From the IMG/VR virus record IMGVR_UViG_3300023199_000154: a stretch of DNA of 64,000 nucleotides, one strand, 5' to 3'. Shown here in pieces: positions 47,262-55,821 of the stretch. The number at the start of each line of letters is the position of its first letter. Position 1 is the stretch's first letter. The notes under the pieces are model-generated. The model ran no database searches and was not told the DNA's origin. It saw only the letters and a list, made by a program, of their open reading frames with translations. The stretch comes from an uncultured virus (IMG/VR IMGVR_UViG_3300023199_000154) (Duplodnaviria > Heunggongvirae > Uroviricota > Caudoviricetes). The translations under genes and the position numbers were made by a program.

Positions 47262-48242
47262 TCAACCCCGCGGCTCCCCTTGCTTCAGCGCGGGCGCCGG
47301 TCCCAGCGCGATGATACGTATCGCCCCCGGCGTCCCCTGCGGCGGGATTCGCGCCCTTTCCCGTGATTTCGGGCCGCGCTTCTCCACTACCTCCCGCGGC
47401 AAATACGGCAGGCTGCGTCGATAACGATACCTGCGCTTGAGCCCGCACTTCGCCGTTCCCTGGCCCTCGGGGCAAAGCATCTTCGCGTAGAACGCCCGCA
47501 CGTCCGGGATGAAGTAGTCATCCTCCGGATGAGGCCCCGGCGTGTACCCCGCTCCCGACGACCACTGCTTGCAGCGAACCTTGCCGCTCGGTCCGCGGAA
47601 GTACTGCACACACACCTTCGCCGCCCCGTCGAGGCCGTCGAGCCGATTGCGGCCGCCGCGAATGCAGGTGCGCAGAAACCGGTTCCTCATGTGATGGACT
47701 CGCTTCAACAACGACTCCATCAGCTCCTTGTCCGCCGCGTGCTCACTTCGGTCCCGAATCCGGATCGGAACGCTCATCCAGTGCGTCAGCGCGCGCTGCG
47801 CCTCGCGGTCGATGGTCATCATCTCGCGTGATGAGCTGCACACTGGCTTGACCGATTTGATCATCGCCTCGGCGTTACGACGGTGCTGTTCCATCAGCGA
47901 CAGGTGCTCGTCCGGCGGAAGCCCGAACCCCCCCACTGCCCCCCCGTGGGGTCGTCGAGCCATCCATCGTGCCGCCCAGATCATCAGCACACCGATCGTC
48001 GTCGCGCGCGAGAACGTACGCTCCATCTCGGCGCGGACGGTTGCGCTCTCGAGCAGCGCAATCTGGACCCCGGTGCCCATCGGCACTTCGCATCCCTGCG
48101 ACTCGAGCGCGGTGGCGATGCCGTTGGCTGCACGAGCGGGGCCGCTTGGATCGGCCATGTCCTCGGCGAGCCATTGCTCGAGCTCGAGGATCGCTTCGGG
48201 GAACGCCTCCTCGAGCTCGTCAGTCGTGGGCACGAGCGCCAT
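47262..48242 (-). CDS. Virion-module protein (acidic N-terminus, basic C-terminus)
   Basis: Long ORF in the operon; VGGFG. Confidence 0.65.
   Translation of the reverse strand: MALVPTTDELEEAFPEAILELEQWLAEDMADPSGPARAANGIATALESQGCEVPMGTGVQIALLESATVRAEMERTFSRATTIGVLMIWAARWMARRPHGGAVGGFGLPPDEHLSLMEQHRRNAEAMIKSVKPVCSSSREMMTIDREAQRALTHWMSVPIRIRDRSEHAADKELMESLLKRVHHMRNRFLRTCIRGGRNRLDGLDGAAKVCVQYFRGPSGKVRCKQWSSGAGYTPGPHPEDDYFIPDVRAFYAKMLCPEGQGTAKCGLKRRYRYRRSLPYLPREVVEKRGPKSRERARIPPQGTPGAIRIIALGPAPALKQGEPRG
47925..47951 (+). repeat. Dispersed motif copy 10 (inside CDS)
   Basis: GAA C7 ACTGCCC CCCCGTGGGG. Confidence 0.85.
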
Positions 48243-48256
48243 TCAGCGCAACCCCC

Positions 48257-48616
48257 TCAGCGACGACGAGCCCTGCGGCGCTTCTTCGCCCTCTTGCGCA
48301 TCGCGGTGTGCGTGCCGCCGGGGCAGACCATCGGCACGAACTTGCGGCTGGGCTTGCCCTTGAGATTGCCAGCCTTGCGAAGCGACGCCACCGTGCCGAT
48401 GCAGACGGTCCCGCCACGCTTGTTGCTTCGCTTCTTCGATCCCTTCGGGCACGAGCCGGAACGAGTCTTCTTCACGAAGCGCTTGAACTTCGATTCCTCC
48501 GCCCGAGTCAGCCCCTTGGTGCAGACGAACCCCGGGCCTCGCGGCTTGGCGCCCCTCACGCCCTTGGGCTTGGTGCTGACGCGGCGGGCCCCCTTGGGGC
48601 ATCGACAATGAGCCAT
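48257..48616 (-). CDS. Highly basic Cys-containing core protein
   Basis: K/R-rich; CPKG twice and CPGG; GGAGG RBS. Confidence 0.7.
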   Translation of the reverse strand: MAHCRCPKGARRVSTKPKGVRGAKPRGPGFVCTKGLTRAEESKFKRFVKKTRSGSCPKGSKKRSNKRGGTVCIGTVASLRKAGNLKGKPSRKFVPMVCPGGTHTAMRKRAKKRRRARRR

Positions 48617-48687
48617 GCTGGATTCCTCCAAGTGAGGACTTTACGGTACCCGAGCCTCGGGGGCCCTGGCAACCAGCGCGGAGTCAG

Positions 48688-48996
48688 CTACCCCCAGAGA
48701 CGCGCGTTGCCCCGGGTGAGCCAGAGCAACGTGACGGTGCCCAGGCCGAGTGCGCTTCCGAGCGATGGCATCGTGCCGCGCGCGACCGCGCCTGCAGCGA
48801 GCACCCCCGTGAGGCCCGGCCAGAAGTTGCTCTCCGGCCGTTCGGGGCTGATGAGCGTCGGGACGAGGTACCAGAACAGCGCGTTGCCTGCGAAGCGGAA
48901 CATGTCGCTGTCGATGATCGTGTCGGTCTGCTCGAGTTGAGCGAGCTCCCTGAGGTCGGCGAAGTCGCCGATGTCGATCGTCGCGAGGGTGCTCAT
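48688..48996 (-). CDS. Small multi-TM protein (holin-like or virion membrane protein)
   Basis: Hydrophobic segments. Confidence 0.55.
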   Translation of the reverse strand: MSTLATIDIGDFADLRELAQLEQTDTIIDSDMFRFAGNALFWYLVPTLISPERPESNFWPGLTGVLAAGAVARGTMPSLGSALGLGTVTLLWLTRGNARLWG

Positions 48997-49163
48997 TCGG
49001 GGATCCTTTCACGCATCCGCTTCGCCCGCTCACTCGCGAGCTGGGACTTCGAGGTGTCGTCGAGGACGTGCTGAAGGCGGCGGGCCGCGTCGTCGTCCCC
49101 ATCCACAGCCCTCTCAATCAGCTCGAGCACTGTCTTGAGCGCCTGGAAGATGAGCTGCTTCAT
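48993..49163 (-). CDS. Small helical protein
   Basis: Coupled ORF. Confidence 0.5.
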   Translation of the reverse strand: MKQLIFQALKTVLELIERAVDGDDDAARRLQHVLDDTSKSQLASERAKRMRERIPE

Positions 49164-49777
49164 GGGTTCGTCCTTTCGATGGTCATCTCGTGTCGCTCGC
49201 TCGACGACTCCCCCGTGAGGGAATGGCATGCACCATCAGCCCAGTTCTTTGCGAACGACACCGCGTAGTCGATCTCGTGAACCTGGACGCCGATCTCCGC
49301 AAGCGATTGCCGTAACGCATCGAGAGCCATCACCAAGCAAGGCACCACGCGAAGCCACGAATCGTCCTCGCCCGTGATCATCCAGGTGTCGACCGCACGC
49401 TCGGCTGCGTCGAGCAGGCCGCGCTCACCCTCGGTACGGCGCCCACCACGAAGAGCGACCACCGCGGTCTTGGCCGCTTCGTAGGGCTCGATGGCCTCGT
49501 CGAATTCCGATCGCGTGATGGTTTCATCTTCGATGCGTGACTCGAGCTCGTCGAGCTTCCGCTCGTACATGCCGCCCACCAGATCGTCAGCCCCCTGCAC
49601 TCCCATGCCGGATAGCTCGATCGCCCGTCTTGCCGAATCGACCGACCACCCCCCGCCACATGCCACCAGGAGGATCGCCAGTGGGAGCACAGAAAGAAGA
49701 GGCACGCGCGTCAGACCTGCCGGGTGAACCCGTCGTCGTTGGCAGCAGCCGGCGCGGCTCGAGCCCCAGTCCATCAT
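49160..49777 (-). CDS. Putative lipoprotein
   Basis: Lipobox-like ILLVAC followed by a helical body. Confidence 0.55.
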   Translation of the reverse strand: MMDWGSSRAGCCQRRRVHPAGLTRVPLLSVLPLAILLVACGGGWSVDSARRAIELSGMGVQGADDLVGGMYERKLDELESRIEDETITRSEFDEAIEPYEAAKTAVVALRGGRRTEGERGLLDAAERAVDTWMITGEDDSWLRVVPCLVMALDALRQSLAEIGVQVHEIDYAVSFAKNWADGACHSLTGESSSERHEMTIERTNP

Positions 49778-50358
49778 CAGCTCCTCGCGTTGTAGCAGAC
49801 GGTGAAGTGAGACCTCTGAATGACTGCCTGAGCGCCGTGGTTGTGCATGATGAGCAGCATGTCGCCCCAGCCATCGTTGTCCGGATCGATGAAGAAGCAG
49901 TCCATGTCGATGAGAGGAGTCTCCCCGCGCGCGCCCTGCGCCGCGTCGGTGTAGGAGTAGAGCTCGACGCTCACCCGCTCGATGTCGCCCACACGCCACC
50001 GGCCTCGTCCTGGACCGAAATTGGCTGGCAGCCCGTGGACGTTGCCGGAAATGTCGGCTCCGACTCCGTTGACCGCAGTTGCCGGATCCTGCGTCGTGAG
50101 CCCGCCCGTATCCGCGGCCGCGATCGTTGGATCCAGAACATTGACACGCGCAGAAAGCATGTCGCCTTGGCCAGGTGCGGACGTGATGCGCAGCTCGTTG
50201 AGAGCGCTGCGCGTCTCGACTTCGTTCTTCTGCCAGAAGATGTCCTCTGCCGCGACGCCGTTCACGGGCCCGTTCGGCTGCGAGGCGTACTGGCCTGCGG
50301 GGGTGACCTGAGCCTCGGCCACGAGTGACCCAGCCGGACCGATTGTTCCGAAAGACAT
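49777..50358 (-). CDS. Virion protein, paralog family member 3
   Basis: GQYASQPNGPV, IFWQKNEVE, HGLPANFGPGRG. Confidence 0.7.
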   Translation of the reverse strand: MSFGTIGPAGSLVAEAQVTPAGQYASQPNGPVNGVAAEDIFWQKNEVETRSALNELRITSAPGQGDMLSARVNVLDPTIAAADTGGLTTQDPATAVNGVGADISGNVHGLPANFGPGRGRWRVGDIERVSVELYSYTDAAQGARGETPLIDMDCFFIDPDNDGWGDMLLIMHNHGAQAVIQRSHFTVCYNARS

Positions 50359-50371
50359 ATTTCTTCTCCTC

Positions 50372-50872
50372 CTACCTTGCGGTCTTGCCGATGGTGCGCG
50401 TGCGGGGCACCGGACCCTGCCTTGCACGAGATCCCCGAACCTCCCCACGCACGCCAGCCCGAGGCTCACCCACGTGGCGATATGACGCCGGCTCCGGACG
50501 AACCGGCTCCTCCTCCGACTCGGACTCGATCTCCGGCGCCGGCTCGGTCTCCGGGATCCGTCGAAGTGCAGACGGACGGTCCGGCCCCGTGTCGCGCTGG
50601 TCGTCGTCCTCGTTATCCACGTCGTCGCCCTCCTCCGGCTGCTCGTCGTGAGCAACCAGGGCCTCGGCGAGCTCCTCCTTGTTCATGGAGGAGCGACCCT
50701 CGATCTCCAGCTCGCTTGCCTTCTCGTACAGATCCTCGGCGGTGTTCTCGTCGAGCAGGCGCAAGATCTTCGCCTCACGAACAGCCTCGACGAGCTCGCC
50801 CTTGTCCATGGACGAATACCCGGAGACCTCGAGCTCCTTCGCCTCTTCGCGCAACTCCTTGACGGTCGGCAT
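50372..50872 (-). CDS. Protein with two Rho-N-terminal (HEH) nucleic-acid-binding domains
   Basis: TVKELREEAKELEVSGYSSMDKGELV and DLYEKASELEIEGRSSMNKEELA. Confidence 0.8.
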   Translation of the reverse strand: MPTVKELREEAKELEVSGYSSMDKGELVEAVREAKILRLLDENTAEDLYEKASELEIEGRSSMNKEELAEALVAHDEQPEEGDDVDNEDDDQRDTGPDRPSALRRIPETEPAPEIESESEEEPVRPEPASYRHVGEPRAGVRGEVRGSRARQGPVPRTRTIGKTAR

Positions 50873-50883
50873 TCCCATTCCTC

Positions 50884-51333
50884 CTACAGCTTGCAGGCCT
50901 TGATGCGCGAGCGACGCAGCTTCCTTCGGAAGGACGCCACGCTGCGACGCAACCCCATGTCTTCGACGTATCGAGAATCACGCTCGGCACGACCCAGCGC
51001 CTCGTGGGCCATGTGCCGTAGCTGCATTGCCTGACCGCAATCCTCCATCCGATCGGATTCGGCGAGGAGGTTCTTGCCGACCTCGATCTGCGAGCGCGCA
51101 TTGATCGCATGCGTCTTCGGCATTCCCGAAAACGCCCCCTTGCCCTTGCCAGCAAAGAACAGCGCCCACACCACCCACAGGCCCACGAGACCAAAGATCA
51201 GAGCGTAGGCTGCCGTCGGCCCCGCCCCGGTCGTCGCCCTCAGACCTTCCGAACGTACCCTCTCGAACGGGCTGTCGCTCAGGTCGACGCCCTTGTGAGA
51301 CTCGAACAGTGCCTCGAGCTCCCGGTCGGTCAT
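50884..51333 (-). CDS. Membrane protein
   Basis: Central TM. Confidence 0.6.
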   Translation of the reverse strand: MTDRELEALFESHKGVDLSDSPFERVRSEGLRATTGAGPTAAYALIFGLVGLWVVWALFFAGKGKGAFSGMPKTHAINARSQIEVGKNLLAESDRMEDCGQAMQLRHMAHEALGRAERDSRYVEDMGLRRSVASFRRKLRRSRIKACKL

Positions 51334-51833
51334 GGCCTTCTTCGTATCACAGACAGCCCCACCATTCCCAGCCCCACGCCGCCAACGAACCATCCCCAGG
51401 GGAAGCCGGACGCCTGCTGCTGGCGCATGGGGTGCACGGTCGCCGGTGAATCGCTCTCGGTCACCACCGGACCCGAGCCGCCATCTCCCGGCTCCACCGG
51501 CGGGGGCTCTGAACCCGGCTCGACAGGCGCCGACGCGAGCAGCGACTCCTTGCGATTGCGAAGCTCACGCTGGGCGGTCCTCACCGCCACGATCCCTCGA
51601 CGCTCGAGCCGAAGAAGGCCCTCCACGCTGAACACGCGGTCCATCGCATCGAGCGTCTCCTCCACCACCTGCTGCGCATCGCCCAGGATGAGGTTGGCCA
51701 CCGGATCGAGCGCGAGCACGTCATCCGCCTCGACCTGGCGGGTGAGCGTACCGATCTCCCCGCGCAACCTCCGCCTGATGCGAAAGTACTCGTCGGCGAT
51801 CGGCTCGCTGGCCTGACCCAAGCGTCGACGCAT
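51330..51833 (-). CDS. Membrane-anchored protein
   Basis: N-terminal RRLGQ; C-terminal GFPW followed by TM. Confidence 0.65.
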   Translation of the reverse strand: MRRRLGQASEPIADEYFRIRRRLRGEIGTLTRQVEADDVLALDPVANLILGDAQQVVEETLDAMDRVFSVEGLLRLERRGIVAVRTAQRELRNRKESLLASAPVEPGSEPPPVEPGDGGSGPVVTESDSPATVHPMRQQQASGFPWGWFVGGVGLGMVGLSVIRRRP

Positions 51834-51834
51834 T

Positions 51835-52080
51835 TCAGTCGATCCCGTGCTCGACGATCGCTGTGAGAGCTACCAGCCCCCCGATGACAATCGCGGCCTT
51901 CGTCCCCGACCCGAGGCCAGACTTGACCGTGGTCGTAACCTGCGCCTGAAAAGCCACGAGCTGACCGCTGGGGTCTCGAAAGACGCAACGGCCATCGGGG
52001 GCACGCCCCGCGCTCGTGTAGGTCACTCCATCGGGACCTTCCATGGTGGCACCCACCGGCATGCAATGCTGACCCAGCAT
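51835..52080 (-). CDS. Small membrane protein
   Basis: MLGQ start; C-terminal TM. Confidence 0.55.
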   Translation of the reverse strand: MLGQHCMPVGATMEGPDGVTYTSAGRAPDGRCVFRDPSGQLVAFQAQVTTTVKSGLGSGTKAAIVIGGLVALTAIVEHGID

Positions 52081-52089
52081 CTCACTCTC

Positions 52090-53712
52090 CTAGCTGATCG
52101 GAAAATCCTTGTACCGCTTGACCATGTGATGTGGCGGTTGCCAGCCCGGCTTCTTGCCGCTCACGCTCGCATCGAGTGCGAGCCACCGTGGCGCCTCCGA
52201 GTGCGGCGGGATGCCAACCATCAGGTAGATGTGGTCGAAGTCCGGGGACTCCACCGTCTGGATCACACGCGCCTTCACGGGGTAGCCGATGGACTCGAGC
52301 ATCGCGCCGAGCGTGATCGTGTAGTCGTCGCACTGGCGAGTGATCACGTCACTTTCCGGTAGATACACGCGACCCGAAGTAGTCATCAGGTCATAGCAGT
52401 GCACCTGCTCGTCCTCGACGGTGATCGATCGAACCTTCGCCCACGGCCGCCTGATGTGGTCTCGACGAACGGTGAGCCGGTGAATCGGGTTGGCTCCGAA
52501 CCCGCCATGAGCCACGACGGTCGCCATCGAGGTAGAGAATCCTTCCATGCGCTTGAGCACCCGGTACGCCAGTGCCAACTCCTTGCTCACCGTGGAGAAC
52601 ACCGTGTTCCCGCCAGAGGAGACTCCAGCATCACCCTGCTCGAGCGCTGCCACCATCGTGGCAATCGTGCGGGGGCCGAAGCGGAAGTGAGGTAGGTGCT
52701 TTTCGATGGAGATGCGACCGAACACCTCGGACTTCGGCCAGTCTGTTGCCCTGAAGCGGATCTCGCGGTCGCGCTTGCGGAACCTGATGCCGCGCGACTC
52801 GAGGATTTCTTCCACCCGCTCTCGAACGCCCTTGCCGCCGACAACCCCTGCCAGCGAAATCTCCGGAAAGACGTCGCTGCCCTTCTTCTTGGTCACGCGA
52901 CAACCCTCTGCGAGGTAGGCACCGGCGAGGTAGGCGTCGTCCTCGTCCCACTCCTCGTCGCCGCCGGCCATGAAGGATCGGGGCTGCAGCAGATCATCCC
53001 CGACCCGAAGGTCCGACATCAGCGCTTCCTCGGCGGAACCATATTCCCCAGGACGGTTACCGCCCAAACCGCGCGGCACGCGAAGCACCTTGTGGTTGTC
53101 GCTCAAACGAAGCGACGAGCCGTTGTTCAGATCAGCGCGGACGATCGTCTTCGGGCCGCGATCCCACGTCTGGAGAACATCCACCCACCGCTCTCCATCG
53201 TGGATCGTGTCGCCAACTTCGAGGTTCTCGACCGGGACGAATCCGTCTGGTGTGAGCAACATCGTGCCCTCGGGGAAACAGTCTCCGCCACCGAACTCGA
53301 GCGTGCGCTTGGGGTGCTGGAACAGATCGGCATGCAGCGGATCGCGGACGTACCGGACGTTCTGGCGGATGTAGTTGTACACCGCACGGACCTCCCCGAT
53401 ATAGTCGCGCTCGCGGATGCAATGCTTGGTGCCACACTTCTTGCTCACGACCTTCACCGCGAGCGCTCGGAACCGAGGGTCGTTTCGAGCCTTCGCCACC
53501 TGCTTCTGGATGAACTTCACCCGCTCCTTGATGTTGCGCACCTGGTGGGTGGACATGACCATCTTGGATGGCTCCGAAGGATGCGACGGGGCAGCGGTTG
53601 CCAGGGCCGGGCGACGTCGGCGCTGCTCTCTCCCCTCCCTCAACGCATCGTTCAACTGCTGCGCGCCGTTCATCAGGCTCACCGCGCCAGCGAATAGCTT
53701 CTGGAAGTCCAT
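52090..53712 (-). CDS. Transglutaminase-like cysteine protease containing an intein
   Basis: VRYVRDP, PKRTL..GGGD|CDD, FDHIY and LALDAS give a Cys-His-Asp triad after splicing. Confidence 0.9.
   Translation of the reverse strand: MDFQKLFAGAVSLMNGAQQLNDALREGREQRRRRPALATAAPSHPSEPSKMVMSTHQVRNIKERVKFIQKQVAKARNDPRFRALAVKVVSKKCGTKHCIRERDYIGEVRAVYNYIRQNVRYVRDPLHADLFQHPKRTLEFGGGDCFPEGTMLLTPDGFVPVENLEVGDTIHDGERWVDVLQTWDRGPKTIVRADLNNGSSLRLSDNHKVLRVPRGLGGNRPGEYGSAEEALMSDLRVGDDLLQPRSFMAGGDEEWDEDDAYLAGAYLAEGCRVTKKKGSDVFPEISLAGVVGGKGVRERVEEILESRGIRFRKRDREIRFRATDWPKSEVFGRISIEKHLPHFRFGPRTIATMVAALEQGDAGVSSGGNTVFSTVSKELALAYRVLKRMEGFSTSMATVVAHGGFGANPIHRLTVRRDHIRRPWAKVRSITVEDEQVHCYDLMTTSGRVYLPESDVITRQCDDYTITLGAMLESIGYPVKARVIQTVESPDFDHIYLMVGIPPHSEAPRWLALDASVSGKKPGWQPPHHMVKRYKDFPIS
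52333..53280 (-). mobile_element. Intein (316 aa) with LAGLIDADG-type endonuclease region
   Basis: Block A CFPEGT, block B SDNH, YLAGAYLAEG, STVSKELA, block F CYDL, ending ITRQ before Cys. Confidence 0.9.
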
Positions 53713-53770
53713 CGCCTCCAGACTACCTGCGAGCACCACCCAGCGGCAACCGGGTGGTATCCTCCCCACC

Positions 53771-54130
53771 ATGAGCCTGTGGCCAGGATTGGGGCTTTTG
53801 GGTCTGGGGGCGATGCTCGGTGCGTCGCGCGGGCTGTGCTACCAGCGCGCGCTTCGGCTTCTTCGCTCGATGGATGAGCGTGCCGATGGCGGCACCCAGG
53901 CCGAGCTGGTGCATGGATCTGTTCACCTCCCCGACTACGGGAAAAACATCCGCCACCACGCTTGGGTCGAGACCGAAGACATGATCTTCGACCCAGAAAT
54001 CGACCTCGAGCTCGACAAGGAGGAAGCGCGCGAAAAGGGCATCCTCTACCGACCCGAGGCGCGATACACGGCCGAGGAAACCCTCATCCTCGCCTTGCGC
54101 ACGGGCCATTACGGCCCATGGCACAAGTAG
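53771..54130 (+). CDS. Small protein with N-terminal TM and C..H(AW)..D motif (papain/transglutaminase-like)
   Basis: GLCYQ, LVHG, HAWVE, IFDP, YGPW. Confidence 0.55.
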   Translation: MSLWPGLGLLGLGAMLGASRGLCYQRALRLLRSMDERADGGTQAELVHGSVHLPDYGKNIRHHAWVETEDMIFDPEIDLELDKEEAREKGILYRPEARYTAEETLILALRTGHYGPWHK

Positions 54131-54316
54131 GAGGCCCGCGTGGAAAAACTCGCCATCATCGCCCTGGTCGCCCTGATCGCCGTCGTCGTCATCGCCTTCG
54201 TCCCCATCGAGGCGATGGCGAAGAAAACGGCTTACGCGATCGTGCTCATCGCTGCCGCCGCGGCGCTGCTACTCCACTTCCTGTAGCACCACCCCATCGG
54301 GCATTCGTCAGGGGTA

Positions 54317-54502
54317 CTATCTCGGGCAGTCGCTGCACAGGTGCGAGAAGTCGACGAAGATGCGCTTCGGACGCGCACCCTTCTTCTTGCTGACCTTGCG
54401 CATCTCGTACCGAGGAACGGTGTGCCATCCGGTTGGCAGCCTGTAGGATTCCACGGTGTGCTTGCACCGATCGCACCGCTTGAGGTTCACGCGAGACTCC
54501 AC
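54317..54502 (-). CDS. Small zinc-binding protein
   Basis: CDRC...LCSDC. Confidence 0.5.
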   Translation of the reverse strand: MESRVNLKRCDRCKHTVESYRLPTGWHTVPRYEMRKVSKKKGARPKRIFVDFSHLCSDCPR

Positions 54503-54693
54503 TCCCCATCGCCGGACCGAATCCAGCGCCGAACCAGAACCCCATCCTCCTCGAGCTCGATTCTATCGATATCGCCCTCCCAGAGAGAGGAGTCCATGAA
54601 GTGCTCGACCTTCTCGATCGCCATCGGCCACCCCTTGGCATCCACACTGTGAATCGAGAGCACGCCCCCATTCCACAGGCTGATGGTGAACAT
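54487..54693 (-). CDS. Hypothetical protein
   Basis: Coupled ORF. Confidence 0.5.
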   Translation of the reverse strand: MFTISLWNGGVLSIHSVDAKGWPMAIEKVEHFMDSSLWEGDIDRIELEEDGVLVRRWIRSGDGEWSLA

Positions 54694-55421
54694 CAGTCGT
54701 CCTCGAGGCTGTTGAGGATGCCCGTCATCATCTCACGCACCGTCGAAGCGGTGCTTCGGATGTTGCCGAAGTGAACTCGATCGAGCATCTGGCGTGACGT
54801 TTCGATTCTCCCCTGGATTTCACTCAAGCGCTGCTCGAGCAAGATGGTCCCTGGGGGCTTGCGCAACCCCATCGCCTCGGCGTAACACGCGTTCGATCGG
54901 ATGCAGTTGCAAGGGGTACCCCCCTCGGGGATGGGCCCCTTGCGGCAGTACACCTCGGTCGATGCGCTGACACCCTGCGCCGATTCGGAATCGATCGAGC
55001 CGTCGATACGCATCTGCTTGCCGCTCGCCGTGTCGACTGCCAGGCCGGGGCGTCCCTTGACGGGTTTCAGTCGACGCGAATCGTCGTCCTCGGTCACAAC
55101 CGGGGACTTGCGCCACTCCTGGACTTCGCGGAAGTCATCCTCCGCCGCATCGGCCAATGCACTCTGCGTCCCGGGAGACATCGCACGCTCGGACTCGAGC
55201 TCCGCCTCGAGGATAGACGGCTTGCTCGGACGCGGCGCGCCGCAATCGCAGCGGTCATTCGCCACGTAACCGGGGTTGAGCACCAGGTCCCCATCCTTCG
55301 TTCGCTTCCGCCACTGGCGCTGAAACGTCCACCAGTAGGCTTCGCAGGAGCCGCATTTCCACGCGGCGGGCCCCGTGTTGTTCTCTGCTTCGTGCACCAG
55401 CTCGAGCTCTTCACTGTGCAT
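54693..55421 (-). CDS. Hypothetical protein with a segment resembling the MCP N-terminus
   Basis: LKPVKGRPG..T..GK...I. Confidence 0.6.
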   Translation of the reverse strand: MHSEELELVHEAENNTGPAAWKCGSCEAYWWTFQRQWRKRTKDGDLVLNPGYVANDRCDCGAPRPSKPSILEAELESERAMSPGTQSALADAAEDDFREVQEWRKSPVVTEDDDSRRLKPVKGRPGLAVDTASGKQMRIDGSIDSESAQGVSASTEVYCRKGPIPEGGTPCNCIRSNACYAEAMGLRKPPGTILLEQRLSEIQGRIETSRQMLDRVHFGNIRSTASTVREMMTGILNSLEDD

Positions 55422-55797
55422 TTCGACGCTCCCACGTTCCCCAGGTGCTCTCCTCATCGCACCAGATCGTGAAATCCTGCGTGCCGACGAATAGGGCGTC
55501 GCTCTTGGTGTCTCGACCGATCACGGTCGCATTGCCCTTGCCGCCCACAGCAAGAACGAACCCGCTCTTGTGACGCAGCTCGAGCTTGGGAAGGTTGAAT
55601 GCCTTGGATGTCGTCTGCAGGGGGACGGGGTTGAGGATGCGAAGGATCGGCTGCTTGTTCTGCTGGGAGCCGATGCAGATGGCACCGTACCGTGCCTCGG
55701 GGACCTTGTACTTCTCCTGCATTGGCTTGGACGGATAGAAGTGAACCACCTCTCCCACATCGAGTGGGAGGTCCACCACTTCGGGTTCCTCGGTCAT
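55411..55797 (-). CDS. Hypothetical protein
   Basis: ORF with GGAG RBS. Confidence 0.6.
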   Translation of the reverse strand: MTEEPEVVDLPLDVGEVVHFYPSKPMQEKYKVPEARYGAICIGSQQNKQPILRILNPVPLQTTSKAFNLPKLELRHKSGFVLAVGGKGNATVIGRDTKSDALFVGTQDFTIWCDEESTWGTWERRNAQ

Positions 55798-55821
55798 GTC
55801 GGCAAGCTCCTGTCGTTCGAT

